A stretch of 64,000 bases of DNA from the human T2T-CHM13v2.0 reference genome, Homo sapiens, in NCBI RefSeq assembly GCF_009914755.1, contig NC_060927.1. One strand, 5' to 3'. Shown piece after piece: positions 18,734 to 35,149 of this stretch. Each line of letters starts with the position of its first letter. The stretch's first letter is position 1. The notes under the pieces were generated by a model. It had not been told where the DNA came from. It saw only the letters and a list, made by a program, of their open reading frames with translations, and searched no databases. A program made the position numbers and the translations under genes.

Positions 18734-21700
18734 TAGCACAGTGAGTATGACTTGGTCATACATTGCACAGCTTGCAACAAGTGTTGCTGCATTACCGAAA
18801 CAAAATTAATTTAAATTCTCTTTAAACACATGTTTTGGGTTGATTTTCTAATTTGAAACTGTCAAGAGATCAAGTAACAATGTCATCATAATGAGAAAGA
18901 TGGGGAACTGTGCTTTAAAGACTGTCAGCCCATTTGATCTACCACACAGAACTAGGTTGGTAATTACCCTAAAAAAGTCAACTTGCCAAAAAAAGAATAG
19001 TCTGAAGGGTCAGTTAGTGATTGAGTATAAATCCATCTTGTGATTTTATGTAGTTATAGGTCGAAATGATTGTATATATAGGCATAGACACACATCTGTA
19101 TGTACATACTTTTTTCAAATTCTCAGACTCACATTTCCTCTAAGTAATTAGGAAAGATATTATGCAAAGTCATACTGCCTTCTGAAATGGACACTTAGGA
19201 TCTTTGACATTTTATACGAAGCACACTACTATTCCTGTTATTGGCATGGATAATTGACACTTGACTGTATCCTTCTCATTCACTAGGTTCTTCAGACCCT
19301 CATACATTGAGCTGTTTTTAAAGACTCTATGTACCCCAAAAGTTGTTGATGACCACTTGTGTACATTTAAGTGTCAAAAGGAAAACAAAATGTAAGCATG
19401 CTTTTCCAGGTCACAGTTATTTACATCATTGGCTCTCTCTTCAAGGTCACACTGTGTGCTGATTTTGCATTTGGTCCAGAACATGTCTGGGGCTCATCTT
19501 GGCCCTAGAAGAGTCAGAAGTGTCATGATGAAAGTAATAGTGAAGGATTTGAGAGAATTCTGTCTTTACTGGGGCAGAGTAACCCTCATCTTAAGGAAAT
19601 ACCTACAAATTCCACCCTTCCAAAATTTTGGTTCTTAGCGGCACCCAGGATTCTGTAACTATGTGTTAAAATGTCTGAGTTCTCTGATTTTAAATGAGGC
19701 ATGACTGTTCAAAGGCAGGTAATGTCTTCTGTGGAGACAGGTATTTAGACGAACACTTCAGAACAAGCAGAAACGTATAGGGCAATGGCGTGGATCAAAA
19801 GCATCACCGTGTAATTGAAACTGACTTTGTATTGGGTTCCTTCAGTGTCAAGGCCCTTTTTTTCTTCTGAGAGCAACATTTTCCCTCTTATCTTCATTTA
19901 TGCCTGTGCTTCCTTAATCATCTTCAAATGTTTGTGGGTTGATGTTCACATGTCCTCATTCTGTTTTTTAAATCTCATTTGTTGCCGTTTTTCTCTTACA
20001 GGGAGAGGAAGTATTCTGTTTAGGCTACGTGTTTAAGGGTGAAAAGTGTTTATAGAATCTTCATCTGTTTCCTTTGAGCCTGATATATTTGATGACATCA
20101 CTCTGTAATTTTACATGATTTGGACAGTGCGAAGCACACAGGGCAGAATGTTCAGGACGACAAAGAGAACATGTTTTTGTAATTAGCCAGGGAACCCAGG
20201 CTACAACTTGTGATCCTTGTTGAAAACACGCACATACACTTACAGATCCAATGAGAGAAGATGGTCCTTGCTAATGTGTTCTTTGGTGGCCCATGACTGA
20301 CTTTAAGGGCTGTTTGGTTTGAATGCTTGTGTGTGGACAAGACACGGGTCTGGGGTGAGAGTTCAGCTTTTGAACTCTGGGTTAAGAATTTAATGGGACT
20401 AGGTCATTGATAATAGAGATTTTGGAGACATTTAAATAAAATCTCTTCGTGTCTGGAATTTGGGGATAGCAATGGAAGGTCTTATTAATTTTGTGTTAAT
20501 GAGTGTTCAGTGAATAAATACATGCTTAAGCCATTTCCCCTGTGCCTTGTTGTTCTTTATTGATTTCCCAGTACTTTCTCATTCTCTCAGTCTGAAGTGA
20601 TTATTCAGAGCCTCCTTAGGAAGACCCACTGAATGGCTGAGCACTTCTATTTGAGACACCATTCACTGACTGCTGACCTTTGGGGCATCATTTCCTAAGG
20701 CTTCCACGTTGTGGTCATCAGAGTTTTATGTGGACCCTCGAAAAAGTCAAAAGGTCAGAGCACAGAAGAAAGAATTCTGATGAAGATTTATGAAATGTCA
20801 AAAATTAACAAATCTAAAATCTAGTTTAATTTCAGCAAGAATGACAGCTTTGAGTGGCTTGTACTTGGACATCGGTGGAAGTAAAACTGATCAGAACTTC
20901 TAAAGTGGGAACTCACTGGGGACCATCCCCACAGGTTCTCCCACGGTAATGCTTTGGCATCTGTCCTAGTGAGAAGTCATTTGGTAGAAACCTCATGTTT
21001 CTGCCTAGGTGGGACACTTGCACTTTGAGGGCCTTGGACGAATAGATGGGTTAACCCAAGTGTTGAACACTACTTAACTATCTCGGGACTTTTGTTCTGT
21101 GTTCATGGATTTAGTAATCTTAATGTAAACAGGCACCTCAGCAGCTGTGTCCCCTTAAGCGGATTTTATTTAGCAGCTGAGTTACCCACGTCACTTGGCA
21201 GTCATAGATTTTCAGTTTTTCCTTGTGCCAAGAGGGCAGCTGGAATGATTTGAGTACTCATTAATTTGGGAGAAATATGAGCTGTATAAGGCAGACAACA
21301 TGAGTTTTCTGTATGGTGTTGTACCAGGATAAGCAGATCAGGGTAGAAGCAATTTGCCCTATCCCAAAGGGGCCCTAGGATTTTAATAAGCTGGTTATGA
21401 AAATTCTATTTCTTTGCAATTTGAAGCAGCTAATTAGAGCCTGTAATTTCTCTCCTGTAACGAGAGTGGATGAAGGTTAACATTAGGCCTCCCGGGCCCT
21501 TTCACATTCATTTACAGAGAGAAATCAGGTAACAGTTGTAGCTAATTAGAGCAGGGTATTAAATATTTAGTCCATCTTGATTTAACTTAGAGAACACATG
21601 CATGTTGTTGGGGTATGGAAAATGATAAAGGGAAGTTAAATTTAATTTTTAATCAAAGATAAACTTAAAGGCAGTATAATAATTGTAGCACTGACTACCC

Positions 21701-23890
21701 TAACCTGACAGCCAGAGCAGCAGTTGCCTCCAGCGGTCTGAACTGTCAAGATAAAGGAAGATGATGTCGATTTAATTTCATCAGTGAACACGTAGCCCAA
21801 GTTCAAACAGCTGGGATTTATGCCATCTGCACAAAGTACAAAGAACTCGATTTTTATTGTAGCAGTGAGATTGAAAAAAAAAAAGCACCTTCTTGATGTT
21901 TCAGAATTCGGAGTTTGACTTTGGATGCTATGAGTGCATATCATTTGGATAATAGTTTTGGAGAACTATCCTAAGGAAGATATCTCATTCATAGGCATTT
22001 TTAAAAGAGGATTTGTGTCTGGCGAAACTGCTCCCTGGAAGGAAATCGTTGTCCAAGAGGCTGGGCAGGCTTAGCAACGGGGTAGCATTGTGTTGAGTAA
22101 AGTCTGACTTTGCCATAGACTGATACCTAAACTGTTGCATGCTGAGGACACTAAGTCATTCTTCTCTTGTCATACCCAATTCAGATGATCTTCCTAAAGC
22201 GGGACTCAGTTAAGTCAGGACATGCATATCAGAAAGAAATTCACCCCATGACTCCTTTTCCCTCAGGGCCTCACACAAGGGTAGAGCATCTTCGCAGTGA
22301 AGTCAGTTCACAGGAAAGCTCTCAGGACTACTGCAACTTCCCTGGAAGCAGGCTTTTAGGAGGCCAGAATAATATAAAAAGGGCAAAGATGTGGGGAAAA
22401 GATGAAAAGGCTTATAAAAATAGAAAGACTCTAAAGAGTAACTCTAAGGCATGCATCCCTCTAACTTCACTGATTTATCTTGGTGCGTGACACCCCATCA
22501 CTACCCTGGTTGTTTCATTTGGGGATGCTCGAAGCATCTTTGCAGATCGGTAGGAAATAAATGGCAACTCACAAAGACCATCTGACTTTGCTACATTGTC
22601 TTCCAGTTGCCAGTTATTACAAAATGGTTTCTGAGGGCAGTAATCCTTTGGAAATGCCTGTTATTGGGGATAATAACTGGTTGTCAGAGCATTAACATCC
22701 TCGGCTTCACTCTGGGCTATTACATAACAAAAGAATGAACTGGTGGTGAGTCTGCCAGGTGTGTTAAATTATATCATGCATTATGGAAGTTCGGTGATGG
22801 GGATTAGCATCCAGAAAAGACTATCAGAAATTGCCAAACTCATTATCTGCTGAAGCAGGAGACTGGCCTCAGGCCTAGGGATGCAAGGTTTGAGTGTAAC
22901 CATTAAGGCACTACCTCCAGTCTTTCTCTGCCCTAGCGTGGAGACAGGAAGCACACCAGCATTTCTTCTCTGTTCTTCAGCCGCTAAAGAAGATCAAAAA
23001 TACTGTGTTAACCAGAGTAGCAGCAAAGCTGTATTGACAATGAATTTACACATTTCCTGGACTTCTTAATGGCAGAACTGCTGCTTAGGCAGTCTTCTGT
23101 AGTCACAGAATTTAGTGGATTCCCCTAGCACTTTTGGGGTCTAGATTTTGTTCCCTGGTGCCCTTAGGACAATAGAGATGGATGGTGAGCCTTCAGAAGC
23201 CATGACCTCTGGGAAGCTCTGCCCCCATATCTCAGATACCCACAATCACTCCTAGCATTTACACATCACATTGAGCACAGGACACATTTTGGGTCAGAAG
23301 TTTTCCAAAGGGGTGAAGCGTGAAATGCAATGAAGGTTGAAGTCCCTTGGAAATAAGCTTTGCACTGCAGACACACAGATAAATGAGGACTTGCCAGTTC
23401 TCAGCAGCTCTGGATGACCCTTCGCATTGCTGTTGGTCTAATCCATTGTTGAGATGAACTGTGGGGATGGTAGTACTTCTAATTAATTTTCAGTAGAACA
23501 TCTTTATGCCCATGAGCTCCTTTTAATAGCACATCACCTCTATAATCTATGCTTCTACTCTTAAGCATCTGTACTTAAGATATGCATGATGTGTTTGCTA
23601 CCTGGATATCATCTATATGGAGTTGGGGATTGGGTCACCATTATATTCCTAGTACCTCAGAGCTGCACAGGAGATCCTCTGTAAATTTTTATTAAATGGA
23701 ATTGAGTGGAATTTTTTTCTTCAAAATACTTTTCTTATAGAAAACAGCATTACATGTTAATTCTAGAAAATTTGGAAAAAAAATAAAAAAATAGATACTG
23801 GGAAAGAAACAGGGATCACTTGTTATCCACCCTCGAGAGATTATGGTACTAGACACTTTTTGCATATATCTTTGCATTATTTTTCCATGC

Positions 23891-24016
23891 ATGTATATAT
23901 ATATACATATATATATATGTATATATATATACATACATATATATATGTATATATATATACATACATATATATATGTGTATATATATATACACACACACAC
24001 ACACACAGACACACAT
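23891..24016. repeat. Compound (TA)n/(CA)n microsatellite
   Basis: Seen directly. Confidence 0.97.
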
Positions 24017-24919
24017 AAATGGGATCAGACTGTATATGGGGCATTTTGTAACCTCTTTTGTTCATTTAGTGATGTCTTTCCAAGTCATTAGCAATCGGCT
24101 TTGCCATTATTTGTGATGGCTTCATGAAAGTTCATGATTAAATGTACTATAATTTAATCCCCTTCTGTGATACGTTTAGGTTGTTGTAATTTTTCTGTAA
24201 TGTGAACAGTACTGCAACATAAATTCTTTCTGCTAAATCTTCATTTCTTTATATGATTGTTTCCTTGTGTTGATTTCCTAGAAGTAGGATTGCTGTGTCA
24301 AAGGTTATGCACATTTAAAATATTTAATAGATGTGGTCAAGTTATTTTCAGAAAACTTATGCCAATTTACATTTCCACCAGCCGAAAGGATATTTCCCAA
24401 TACCCTTGTTGTTAACACATCATTTTCAATTTGATAGGCAAAAAACAAACAAAAATACTTTAAACCTTGTATTTGTATTGGTGCTTAAAAGTGAGCTTGA
24501 ACATCTTGTTCTCTGTCTTTTGTTTATTTGTTTTTGTTGCCATGGGTAGTATTCTGGGATCTGCTGGTTCATGCACTTTGCCCTGTTATTGTGTTCTCAT
24601 GTCATAATGTAGCAATTAAGAAAATGAGCTTTGGGGTCCCACATGCCTTGAAAAGGTCCAGTAGCTATCATTTGCCTGCTGTGTGACCTGGGACAGATTC
24701 TCACCCTTTGTAATCCTCGGTTTGTTCAGCTGTTAAATAAGAATGATGACAGTGACCACCTCAATGCAGTCGTATCATGTATGGTACCAGGTTTGGGGCT
24801 GATGTTCAACATGCTAGGTTTTAGTACTTTAGTGCTCATTTAATCCCTCTATTTCTTTTAGCATGTTCTTACTCCTTATACCATGATGGATTATCCCCAC
24901 TTAGCTTAATTGTATGCAA

Positions 24920-25807
<888 letters not shown>

Positions 25808-26711
25808 AGAGGGACTCTATCTTATTCCTGTTACAACAAGCTCTCTCTGGGGCTGGATAGCAATGGAAGAGCTCAGGTAAGAGTTCCACCTGGTTCTTCA
25901 AGTGAGAGGCATTGGTGGCTTGGACTAGGATATTAGCAGAAGATATAGAAGTCACAGAATGGTATTTTAGCAAGAAGGTTCCAAATAAGTCATTTGTTTC
26001 TCCACTCCATGTTGTTCACTAGGACCATTTTTAATACTGGCTGTCATTAGAAATTGCCCAGTGCTCTGAAAGAGTGAGTTTCCAAGTGGCAGATAATCTG
26101 GCTTCTCTCTTCAGTGTAATAGGGTACTAGTGACATGTCCTCAAACTTACTCTTCTAGGAAAAGCTCTAGTCTCCCAAAAAGCCATGTTTAAAATGGAAG
26201 ATTGCAGAACTTCCTGCAGTCATAAGAGCCATTGGCTTTGATCAGTCCCTAGTCTTCCAACTGAAGGAAACATTTTGAAAAAGTCAACTCAGTTCCAGCA
26301 CATGGTATCTTTCTCCTCTCTTGATTCCCATGAAAAATGCTGACCCTAGAAAAACAACAAACAAGCAAATAAACAAAACTATGAGGGTAAGGAAACAAGA
26401 TAGAGGCCAGCTCTCAAGACTGTTTATTCTCTTTTAAAATACATTGTTCCTCTTGGTTTGCATTTCCCTGATTTGTTTGCTCCCTTGCAGAGCACCCTTT
26501 GCCATCATCCCTATACATTTCCATGTAAGTTCTGCCTATGGGTTTATAGCTTCTCTACTGACAGGAAGCTCTTTGAAGACAAGAATGATCTATGATCCCA
26601 TATGATCCTACCTTCTTCAGCCCTTATCTGTCACAATGCCTTTTTCTCCCACTTATTGTATGACCAGTACTGCTTAACTTTTCTTGCTTTTCTCTTACGT
26701 GTAAGACTTGG

Positions 26712-27395
<684 letters not shown>

Positions 27396-27588
27396 TCAAA
27401 TTTTCATCTTACCAGTGCACTATGCTTAGAAAAGGAATAGGATGATTTTGCATTTACATGATCCTCCTTATCAACTGGAGCTGGGGCCATAGAGTCCAAG
27501 ATTGCATGTGTCCTATTCAGGGAAACCAAGCTCTTTGTGGGGAGGGTGCAGTAGCGACCCAGTTCTGGAATGACAGGCCCTTCTCCTC

Positions 27589-27592
<4 letters not shown>

Positions 27593-27626
<34 letters not shown>

Positions 27627-27657
27627 AATTATATATATGTGTGTGTGTATATATATA
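27593..27657. repeat. (TG)n/(TA)n microsatellite
   Basis: Seen directly. Confidence 0.95.
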
Positions 27658-29302
27658 ACTATTTACATTTAGTTTTATATATGTATAAAGAAATACATAT
27701 ATTTTCTTCATATTCCTTTGCCTTCCCCATTCTATAAAAAGTATTTCAAGAGCTTACAACTTCCGCAAGGGCAGAGACCATATGGATTTTTTCCTCCCCA
27801 TTGTGCCTCCAGCCTGCAGCAGGATGTTTAGTATCTAGCATTTCCAGTTAATACTTGATGGATGGAAGGCTAGGTGGGAGGGTGGATGGATGGGAAACAT
27901 AAAACAGAAAAGGTAACACAAGTCAGTTGTCAGCAGCAAGGAGAAAAGGACACCAAAGACAGGGGAGCCACAGAACACGTAGTCTCCGATGGGGTATTTG
28001 AGCCCTCTGCTTGAGCCAGTTTGCACTTGCAAAGAGGGAACCAGGACAGCCGTACAAATCACTGTCTGAGAGATTAAGACACAATGATTGCTTAGGATAA
28101 AATACAACTTTTACTGACTGAAGGTAAGAAATAAACTTTCTCTGGGGCTTCTCAAAAAGAAGATAATGGTTGCCCCAAATTCTCAGGAACATTGACTTGC
28201 CTTCCCACCCTATTCACCTGAGGCTACTGCTCACTGAAGTCCTACCGGCAGCTTCCTACAGTAGGGTCTTCAGCCAGGGGCGCATGCTTCCATAGTGGGA
28301 GTTGAGGATCTTGGGTTATTAGAGTCCCTGGAAGGGCAAGAGGTTGGTATACAGAAAGTGAGCTCGTACAGATCACCAAAAACCCACAAGTCATTCTGAT
28401 CTGTCCTTCCCCCTTCCACAAAGAGCTATGTCCCTACCTGTCTGCCTTTTGGAGAATCACAGGTAAAACAGAGTGAACACTGTCCTCAGCAATATCCTTC
28501 CAGTTGACTGATGAGTCCTTGACTTTTCTTACTGACAGAAGTCCCAGAAGGCAGTAGGTGAGGTGACAGGGGAAACTGCTATTTTGGACTAATTCCTAGT
28601 GACAGGGAGGATGGGTTGGGAAAATAGAAATGACAAGATCTTGGGAAAAGGCAACTGTGCTATCTTAGAATTCACAACAGCTGTTGGTTTTAATGAGTCT
28701 GAGAATGATTTGGGCAGAATCCAAAACTCCTGACTCCTCGACCTGTAACCTGCTGCTGTGCTGCTTCTGCAGGGTGGTACGAGAGGGGACACTGTCCAGA
28801 GGCATGCGGCTTCTTACTGTGGGGCTTTGGCCCCAAATCCCAATGAGAAAATCACAAGGACTCCAGCTGTGCCCAAGGCCAAGTGGGTCTTGGTTGTGTA
28901 CCCTGATGTGGGCCTTTGGGGTCTCACTGATCCAGAGGCAGGGGGAGGCAAAGGGAGACAAACTCATGGTGGGGGTGGATGGCGGGAAGGGAGAGCATTA
29001 AAGGAAGAGGAGCCTTTCTCTAAGGCCTAGAGGGACACACCCAGGTCATGTCATCAGGCGTTATACTCTCAGACCTTTCCCTGTTTCTCTGTTCTATTTT
29101 TCTCTCTTTAGGGTCTAGGCAAAGGGCACCTTTGGAGATCTCCTCTTAGAAGACCTCTCTTCCTTTGCAGAATTAATCCTCCCTGCCCCTCAAGTCCCAA
29201 ACATTTTACTTTATTTGATCCATTTCACAACATCATTCTGGTTCTATGATGTTGACCAATTTACAAGTAAGGAAAGTGAGACTTACAAAGATCAAGTAAC
29301 TT

Positions 29303-29442
29303 GCTGGGCAAGGTGGCTCAACGCCACCCTGGGAGGCTGAGGTGGGTGGATAGCTTGAGCTCAAGAGTTCAAGACCAGCCTGGCCAACATGGTGAAACCC
29401 CATCTAAAGAAAAAAAAATAATAAGAAAAATAAAAAAAAAAA
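29303..29442 (+). mobile_element. Alu left monomer (FLAM/AluJ-like) with A-rich tail
   Basis: gctgggcaaggtggctca...gaccagcctggccaacatggtgaaaccccatct followed by an A-rich run. Confidence 0.88.
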
Positions 29443-29697
29443 GACTGTTATTTCACCAGGCTCTGCAGTGGTCCTCTTTGTTGTAAATTAGGGATCCATG
29501 TATGTGTTGGTCTGCTTTGGAGTTTTCCTTGGTGGTCCACTGGACAATTTCTGTATTTGTACACTAAAGCCACACTGCCTTAATTACCATACTTTACAAT
29601 AAACCTTGATAGCCAGTGAGATAATTGTCCTGCCTTGTTCCTATTTTTTTAGGAGAGTTTTTGGATATTCTCATTCCTTTGTATTTTCATATAAATT
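29443..29697 (-). mobile_element. Highly diverged L1M ORF2 fragment
   Basis: ccacactgccttaattaccatactttacaataaaccttgat...cctttgtattttcatataaattt resembles antisense old L1 ORF2. Confidence 0.75.
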
Positions 29698-29965
29698 TAT
29701 TTTATTTTTTAATTTATTTATTTTTTTTTTGAGACAAGGTCTCTGTCACCAGGCTGGAGTGCAGTGGTGGATCTCGGCTCACTGCAACCCTGACTACTGC
29801 CCCCGACAATTCAGTCTTCCAAGTAGCTAGGACTACAGGCGAGTACCACCACACTTGGCTAATTTTTATATTTTTCGTAGAGATGAGGTCTTGCCATGTT
29901 GCCCAGGCTGGTTTCGAACTTGTGGGCTCAAGCAGTCTGTCTGCCTCGACTTCAAATAGTGCTGG
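29698..29965 (-). mobile_element. AluJ-like, lacking its first ~30 nt
   Basis: Antisense Alu ending abruptly at ...aaatagtgctgg. Confidence 0.9.
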
Positions 29966-30305
<340 letters not shown>

Positions 30306-32842
30306 TCATTTGAGGGAAGACTCAGATTCTCAATATGGGGGTATCCAATTCTTAGCCCTGTTTGGTAACCACTGCTTTGTGCCAACTTGTCCACCCACTC
30401 AGCTCTGGCTTCCATGAAATGATGCCGTCTGTCCACTGTTACAAAGTGTAGGGAAAAGGAGAGATTTCCACTGAAAGCTGCTTGGAATAGCAACCATCAC
30501 ATTGCTATTTTAAGATGCAGTCTTTTCCCTACTAGGGAATCCCTGAAGCAGGCAGTTAATTAAAATACAATTGGCTTCAATCTTTGCATGGCTTCCATCT
30601 AGAATCAAGAGGCAGGCACCTAAGAAGAAATATTATAATACTGATCTTCCATCCATGGGAGGCCTTGCCTAAGACACCTTTTTTCTGGTCCCTGACTATG
30701 AGGCTGTAATAACACAGATCAGAGCTTTTTTATACCTCCATTTCCTCATATGTTATCACTGAGCTTCAGGAGAAAAAGAAATCATGGGAACTGAGCATAG
30801 AGAAAGTAAAATCTCAACTGATTGATAACAGATCAGTCTGGAAAAATAGAAAAGTATTGAAAATAGAGTCGCAATGAAGGAATGAGCTCTATGCTGATAA
30901 ATTCAAGTATGTCCCATGCTGACTTCCCTTAATTTCCCAAATTTGTGAAAAGGATAGAAAAGGTGGGTAACTAATATTCGTTGAGAATCTACTCCATGCC
31001 AGGTACTGAATTGGGCACGGGTGCCTCCTTCTGCTCTCACATCTGTGTTTCAGCTTGGAAGTAGAAATAAACATAAGTAAACTAATAAACCATTAATATA
31101 ACTTAAGAATATACTGAGTATCATGAAGAAAACAAAATGGGTGATGAGGATGACGGTAACTGGGATGAAAGAGGGTTAGCCATGCAAACAGGAGGTGAGG
31201 GGCACTCCAGGTAGTGGGAGAGGTGGACTGAAAGTCTAGAAAGCCAGAAGGAGTTGGTCCAGAAGGAGAAGGTCAGGACCTTCCAGGGCATCTTAGCTGT
31301 GGTGTTAGGAGTTTAGAATGTATTCCAAGTACAATGGGAAGGCACTGGAGGGCTTTAAGCTAGAGAGTGACACAGCCCCATGATGTTTTATGAACATAAC
31401 CATTGCCATCCCAATTTGTGGAACAATTAATTTATTCCCCTTTGACATAAGTCAATTTTCTGATCTGTTTTTGGTTAATTTGATGGCCTTACACATGTTA
31501 GTTTGACTTTTTGTTCATGGTATTGAATCTGTAATCCTTCTTGAGAGATGGGGCATACCTATGAACAAATGGCTGTCACCACTTGATCTCTCAGTGTTTT
31601 GGAGGGCAAGGGAAGCAGGACGGGGCTTCTGAGCCATAAAAATCCTAGGCCATGCAGTGTCCAGCAGCCTGAAGCTTGGAGACAGGTTTGTTTCAGGATC
31701 CCTAGTATCAGCAGACAGGGGTTTTATGGTATTGGCCAATCAACAAGTGTTTGAGTGCTGGCCCTTTGCCAAGCACTGTGCTGGATTCTACAGACTCAGT
31801 TCTGTCTGTCTGTCCCTTCCATCCCTGCTCCTTTACATGTGGTCATGCAAAGGCTTAATGATGTGATGTGCATCATAAAAACCCAAGGTCCACAGTGATG
31901 CCTATTCTGTCTCAGGGCTCCTGATTTCTCCACAATGTCCCTCTATGTAGAGGACTCACTTCTGATATGACTATTCTGGATCTGAATGTGAATAGCTGAT
32001 ATCTGCTCTGCACAAAACTGTCGCAGAATGGGCATGTAAATGACCAAATGAACTTTCTCAGTTTGGTGAGCACATCCACTAAGAGGGCCCATCTTGATCA
32101 TCCAAAGAAACCATTTTGATTTTGAGGAATTTATAGTGCAAAATACAAGAGATTTATAAGACAAGGGTTCTTAACCTGGGAGCCAGATGTTCTTAGACAG
32201 TCCTGGGTTTTGGTGGAGGAAATGCCCCAACCCTCATGAATTTTATCTGAAATTGTGAGTGTATAGACTTTGGATTTTGCGGGGAGGAAGTCAGAGGTAG
32301 GAGAAGGTTTATAGCCACTGCCAAGTTCTCAGTGGATCCTTTGACTCTCCAAGGGTTATAAAAGTTGTAATTGTTATTATAGCTCTAGTGTTCCTGATTA
32401 TGTTAGAAACTGTCAACCCCATTATCCTTGGATGGCTTGTCAAAACCCACCCCTGTGAAAAATCCCATTCTTCACCCACAGGAGTCAGCTTCCTCTTCAA
32501 CCAAACTTCTGGGCAGGCTGAGGGAAGTATCTATGGATGGAAGACTTGGCTTTCCTTGGCTCCCTTTGTTTAGTTTCACTGCAGCAAGTTATCTGAAATG
32601 TGAGTGGGATGCAACTCTAACTGAATGGGATTTGGTGCTTCTGGCCTGTCCTTGCATCCATTGTCTCATTTGCTGTTGATCACCAATGTGAGGTGGGTGG
32701 GTGGAGGATCCCCATGTTGGGGGAGGTGCATGCACAGCTCAGTAGGTTTAAATACCTCTCTCAAGATCACCAAGCCAGTAAGTGTAGCATTGAACCCACC
32801 TGGAACAAATAATACTTGGTCGTTTTAAGAATACCTGGAATT

Positions 32843-33377
32843 TGTTTTAGTCAGGTATAATAAGGCACACAGACACAGAAATGATTGTCATGAAGGAAGA
32901 AGTATATTGTATCCATAGTTCCCTAGAAGCAGAAGGCATGCCATACCATGAAGGGACACACAGGGAAGTGCCAAGGCAAGATGAGTGGGCAGAGAGAGAG
33001 ATCTAGAGGGCAGGAGCCTTTATTGTGTTTTCCATGGGAAGAAAGAGGGAAAGCAGGCCAACCAGGCTTAGCGTTGGACAGTCAATCATCTCAGTGGGCA
33101 CTGGGGTAGAGGGGCTGCCCCGAGTTGTCTGATACCTGGTCCTGGGGTGATTAGGGCAGGTGGTATGACCTCGAGTGTGAGAGCCTGATGAAGGGAGGTG
33201 ATTGGAGGCATGGGCTGTGGATTGGTTGGTTTGTGTATCAGAAATGCACTTGCAGGCCAGTTGCTTACTATCTCCAGGAATTAGCTAACCCTAGGAGGGG
33301 GAGTCCCTCCAAGGTCATAAGGCCTCAGACATCAGAGCAATAATACTACAGAAAAATCCAAAGACATGGTTAATACA
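32843..33377 (-). mobile_element. ERVL-class solo LTR (MER74/MER73/MER54-like)
   Basis: Reverse complement starts tgtattaaccatgtcttt...ccttatgaccttggagggactcccctcctagggttagctaattcctggagatag. TG...CA ends. Subfamily uncertain. Confidence 0.65.
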
Positions 33378-35149
33378 CTGGCCCTGTCCTCTGAATGAAT
33401 TCAGTGGAGCTGGATAGTCTAATAAATTGCATCACACACCTTTAAGGATGTTTGCAGCTTGACTTCTTACTGCTCCATTGAGCTGTATGTAATCTCGTGT
33501 TCCATTGTACCAACCCCAGGTCGTAGTCTCTGGATGGCCAAGAAACACCTGTCTCCTTCACCTTAACAAAACACATGGCCATAGAACTGGACTTTTATCC
33601 CTTTGGCCAGAAGATTACAAAGAATAATTTTTTTTTCTGAATTGGAATTTTTTTTTCAATACCGCACTTGAGGTATCAGGCACTTGTGCTTGGGAAAAAG
33701 AGATTGTATAGACTCTTAGAGCGTCCCTAAGGTGACAGTCCATTTTTCATAATCATCTATGATATTCGTTTGTTGAAATTTTATTACTTTTGTAATTTAA
33801 TTCAATTTATCCCATTTTATTGCTGTTCAGGGTAGCGTTACCATGGTTGCCTTTCTCTTCCTTCTGGATAAGGATGTTTCTTCTTTTATTATGAGCGTGA
33901 TGGCTTATAGATTAAAGCAGCCTGCTCAATATAACTGTCTCCTTTGGAGTCAACCTTCTTTGAGCCCATCTCTACTCTTGTAGAATTTTCATGAAGATAA
34001 ATATTGGCAGTGATTTATGAAGCATTTATGTGAGTAATCAGGTTCCAACCCTTATCTTCTGCTTAAAGATTAAGGATTTTATTCAGAAATGCTTCTCTGT
34101 ACCAGAAATCATAGAAATGAGCAAATAACAATGAAAGTTGGTTAGTAATACCTTTTGTGAAGATATAGATTAAGAACATATTCATTAGCTGCAAATGGAC
34201 TTTAAAACATAAAGATGTCAGGAGACCCCTTTCTAAAGCTGAAGTCATTCATCATTTTGAGAAATCCTGGAAATATTTTAGGGAATAACTGAGTTGGGCA
34301 GTGAGTCCAAAAGGACATGAGCAGGTGAGAAGACAGGAAGATGTCAGGAAGGCATGCCTAATACGGAGGCTGCCACTTAGCTAAATTAAAATTTAGAACC
34401 CATGAATGTGGGCACCGATAGGTCATGAAGAGATTTGGTAGCAAATGACACTGACATAAATAATTCATATAACTTGCTTGCTTTTAAAGGTAGAAGGAAT
34501 GGATTTGTAGTTAAATGTTTTTTAAAATAAAAGATTACCTTCTTTTTTCTATAAAAATATAGACTGTTTTTTGAGGCTCATAAGTGCTTGGTCTCCAAAC
34601 CTTCCTTTCCTCTGCATCTGGGAGCAAGAGTGGAATTATTATAATTCCAAAGATTGTGAAGACCCAGCTCAGCAGCTACAGACAGCTGGGTACAGATCTG
34701 CCCTTTCTTGGGGAAAGAGGAAAGTATAGTTAGCTAATCCTGCTTGCCAAGTCTGGCTGATGTCTCATGATCCTGCCTTCTTCGGTTGACACAAGCTTTT
34801 TAAAAAATGTCATTTTGATCCAGCTTCTCTATTTTTTTAACCACCCACTGGATTGTAAACTCCTTAAAGTTTTGCCTCAATCTTTAGTAAATTGTAGGAA
34901 TAGCTTTCCTGGAAATGGCTCCAGTGATTTCTTAATGTTTGGTCTCACTTAGACCTCATCTGCTTGGTGGCATTTTTTAAAGTGTTGGCCACAGCCTACC
35001 TGGGTCAGACCCCACGGACATTTTTTAAAATGTATATCCCTGGGCCTACTTTATTCTGAACCTCGGGAGGGTGGGTGCTATGACTCCACCTTCAACATGT
35101 GATTCAAGGCTCCTGGTGATACTGATGCCTTGTGAAGTTTGAGGACTCT

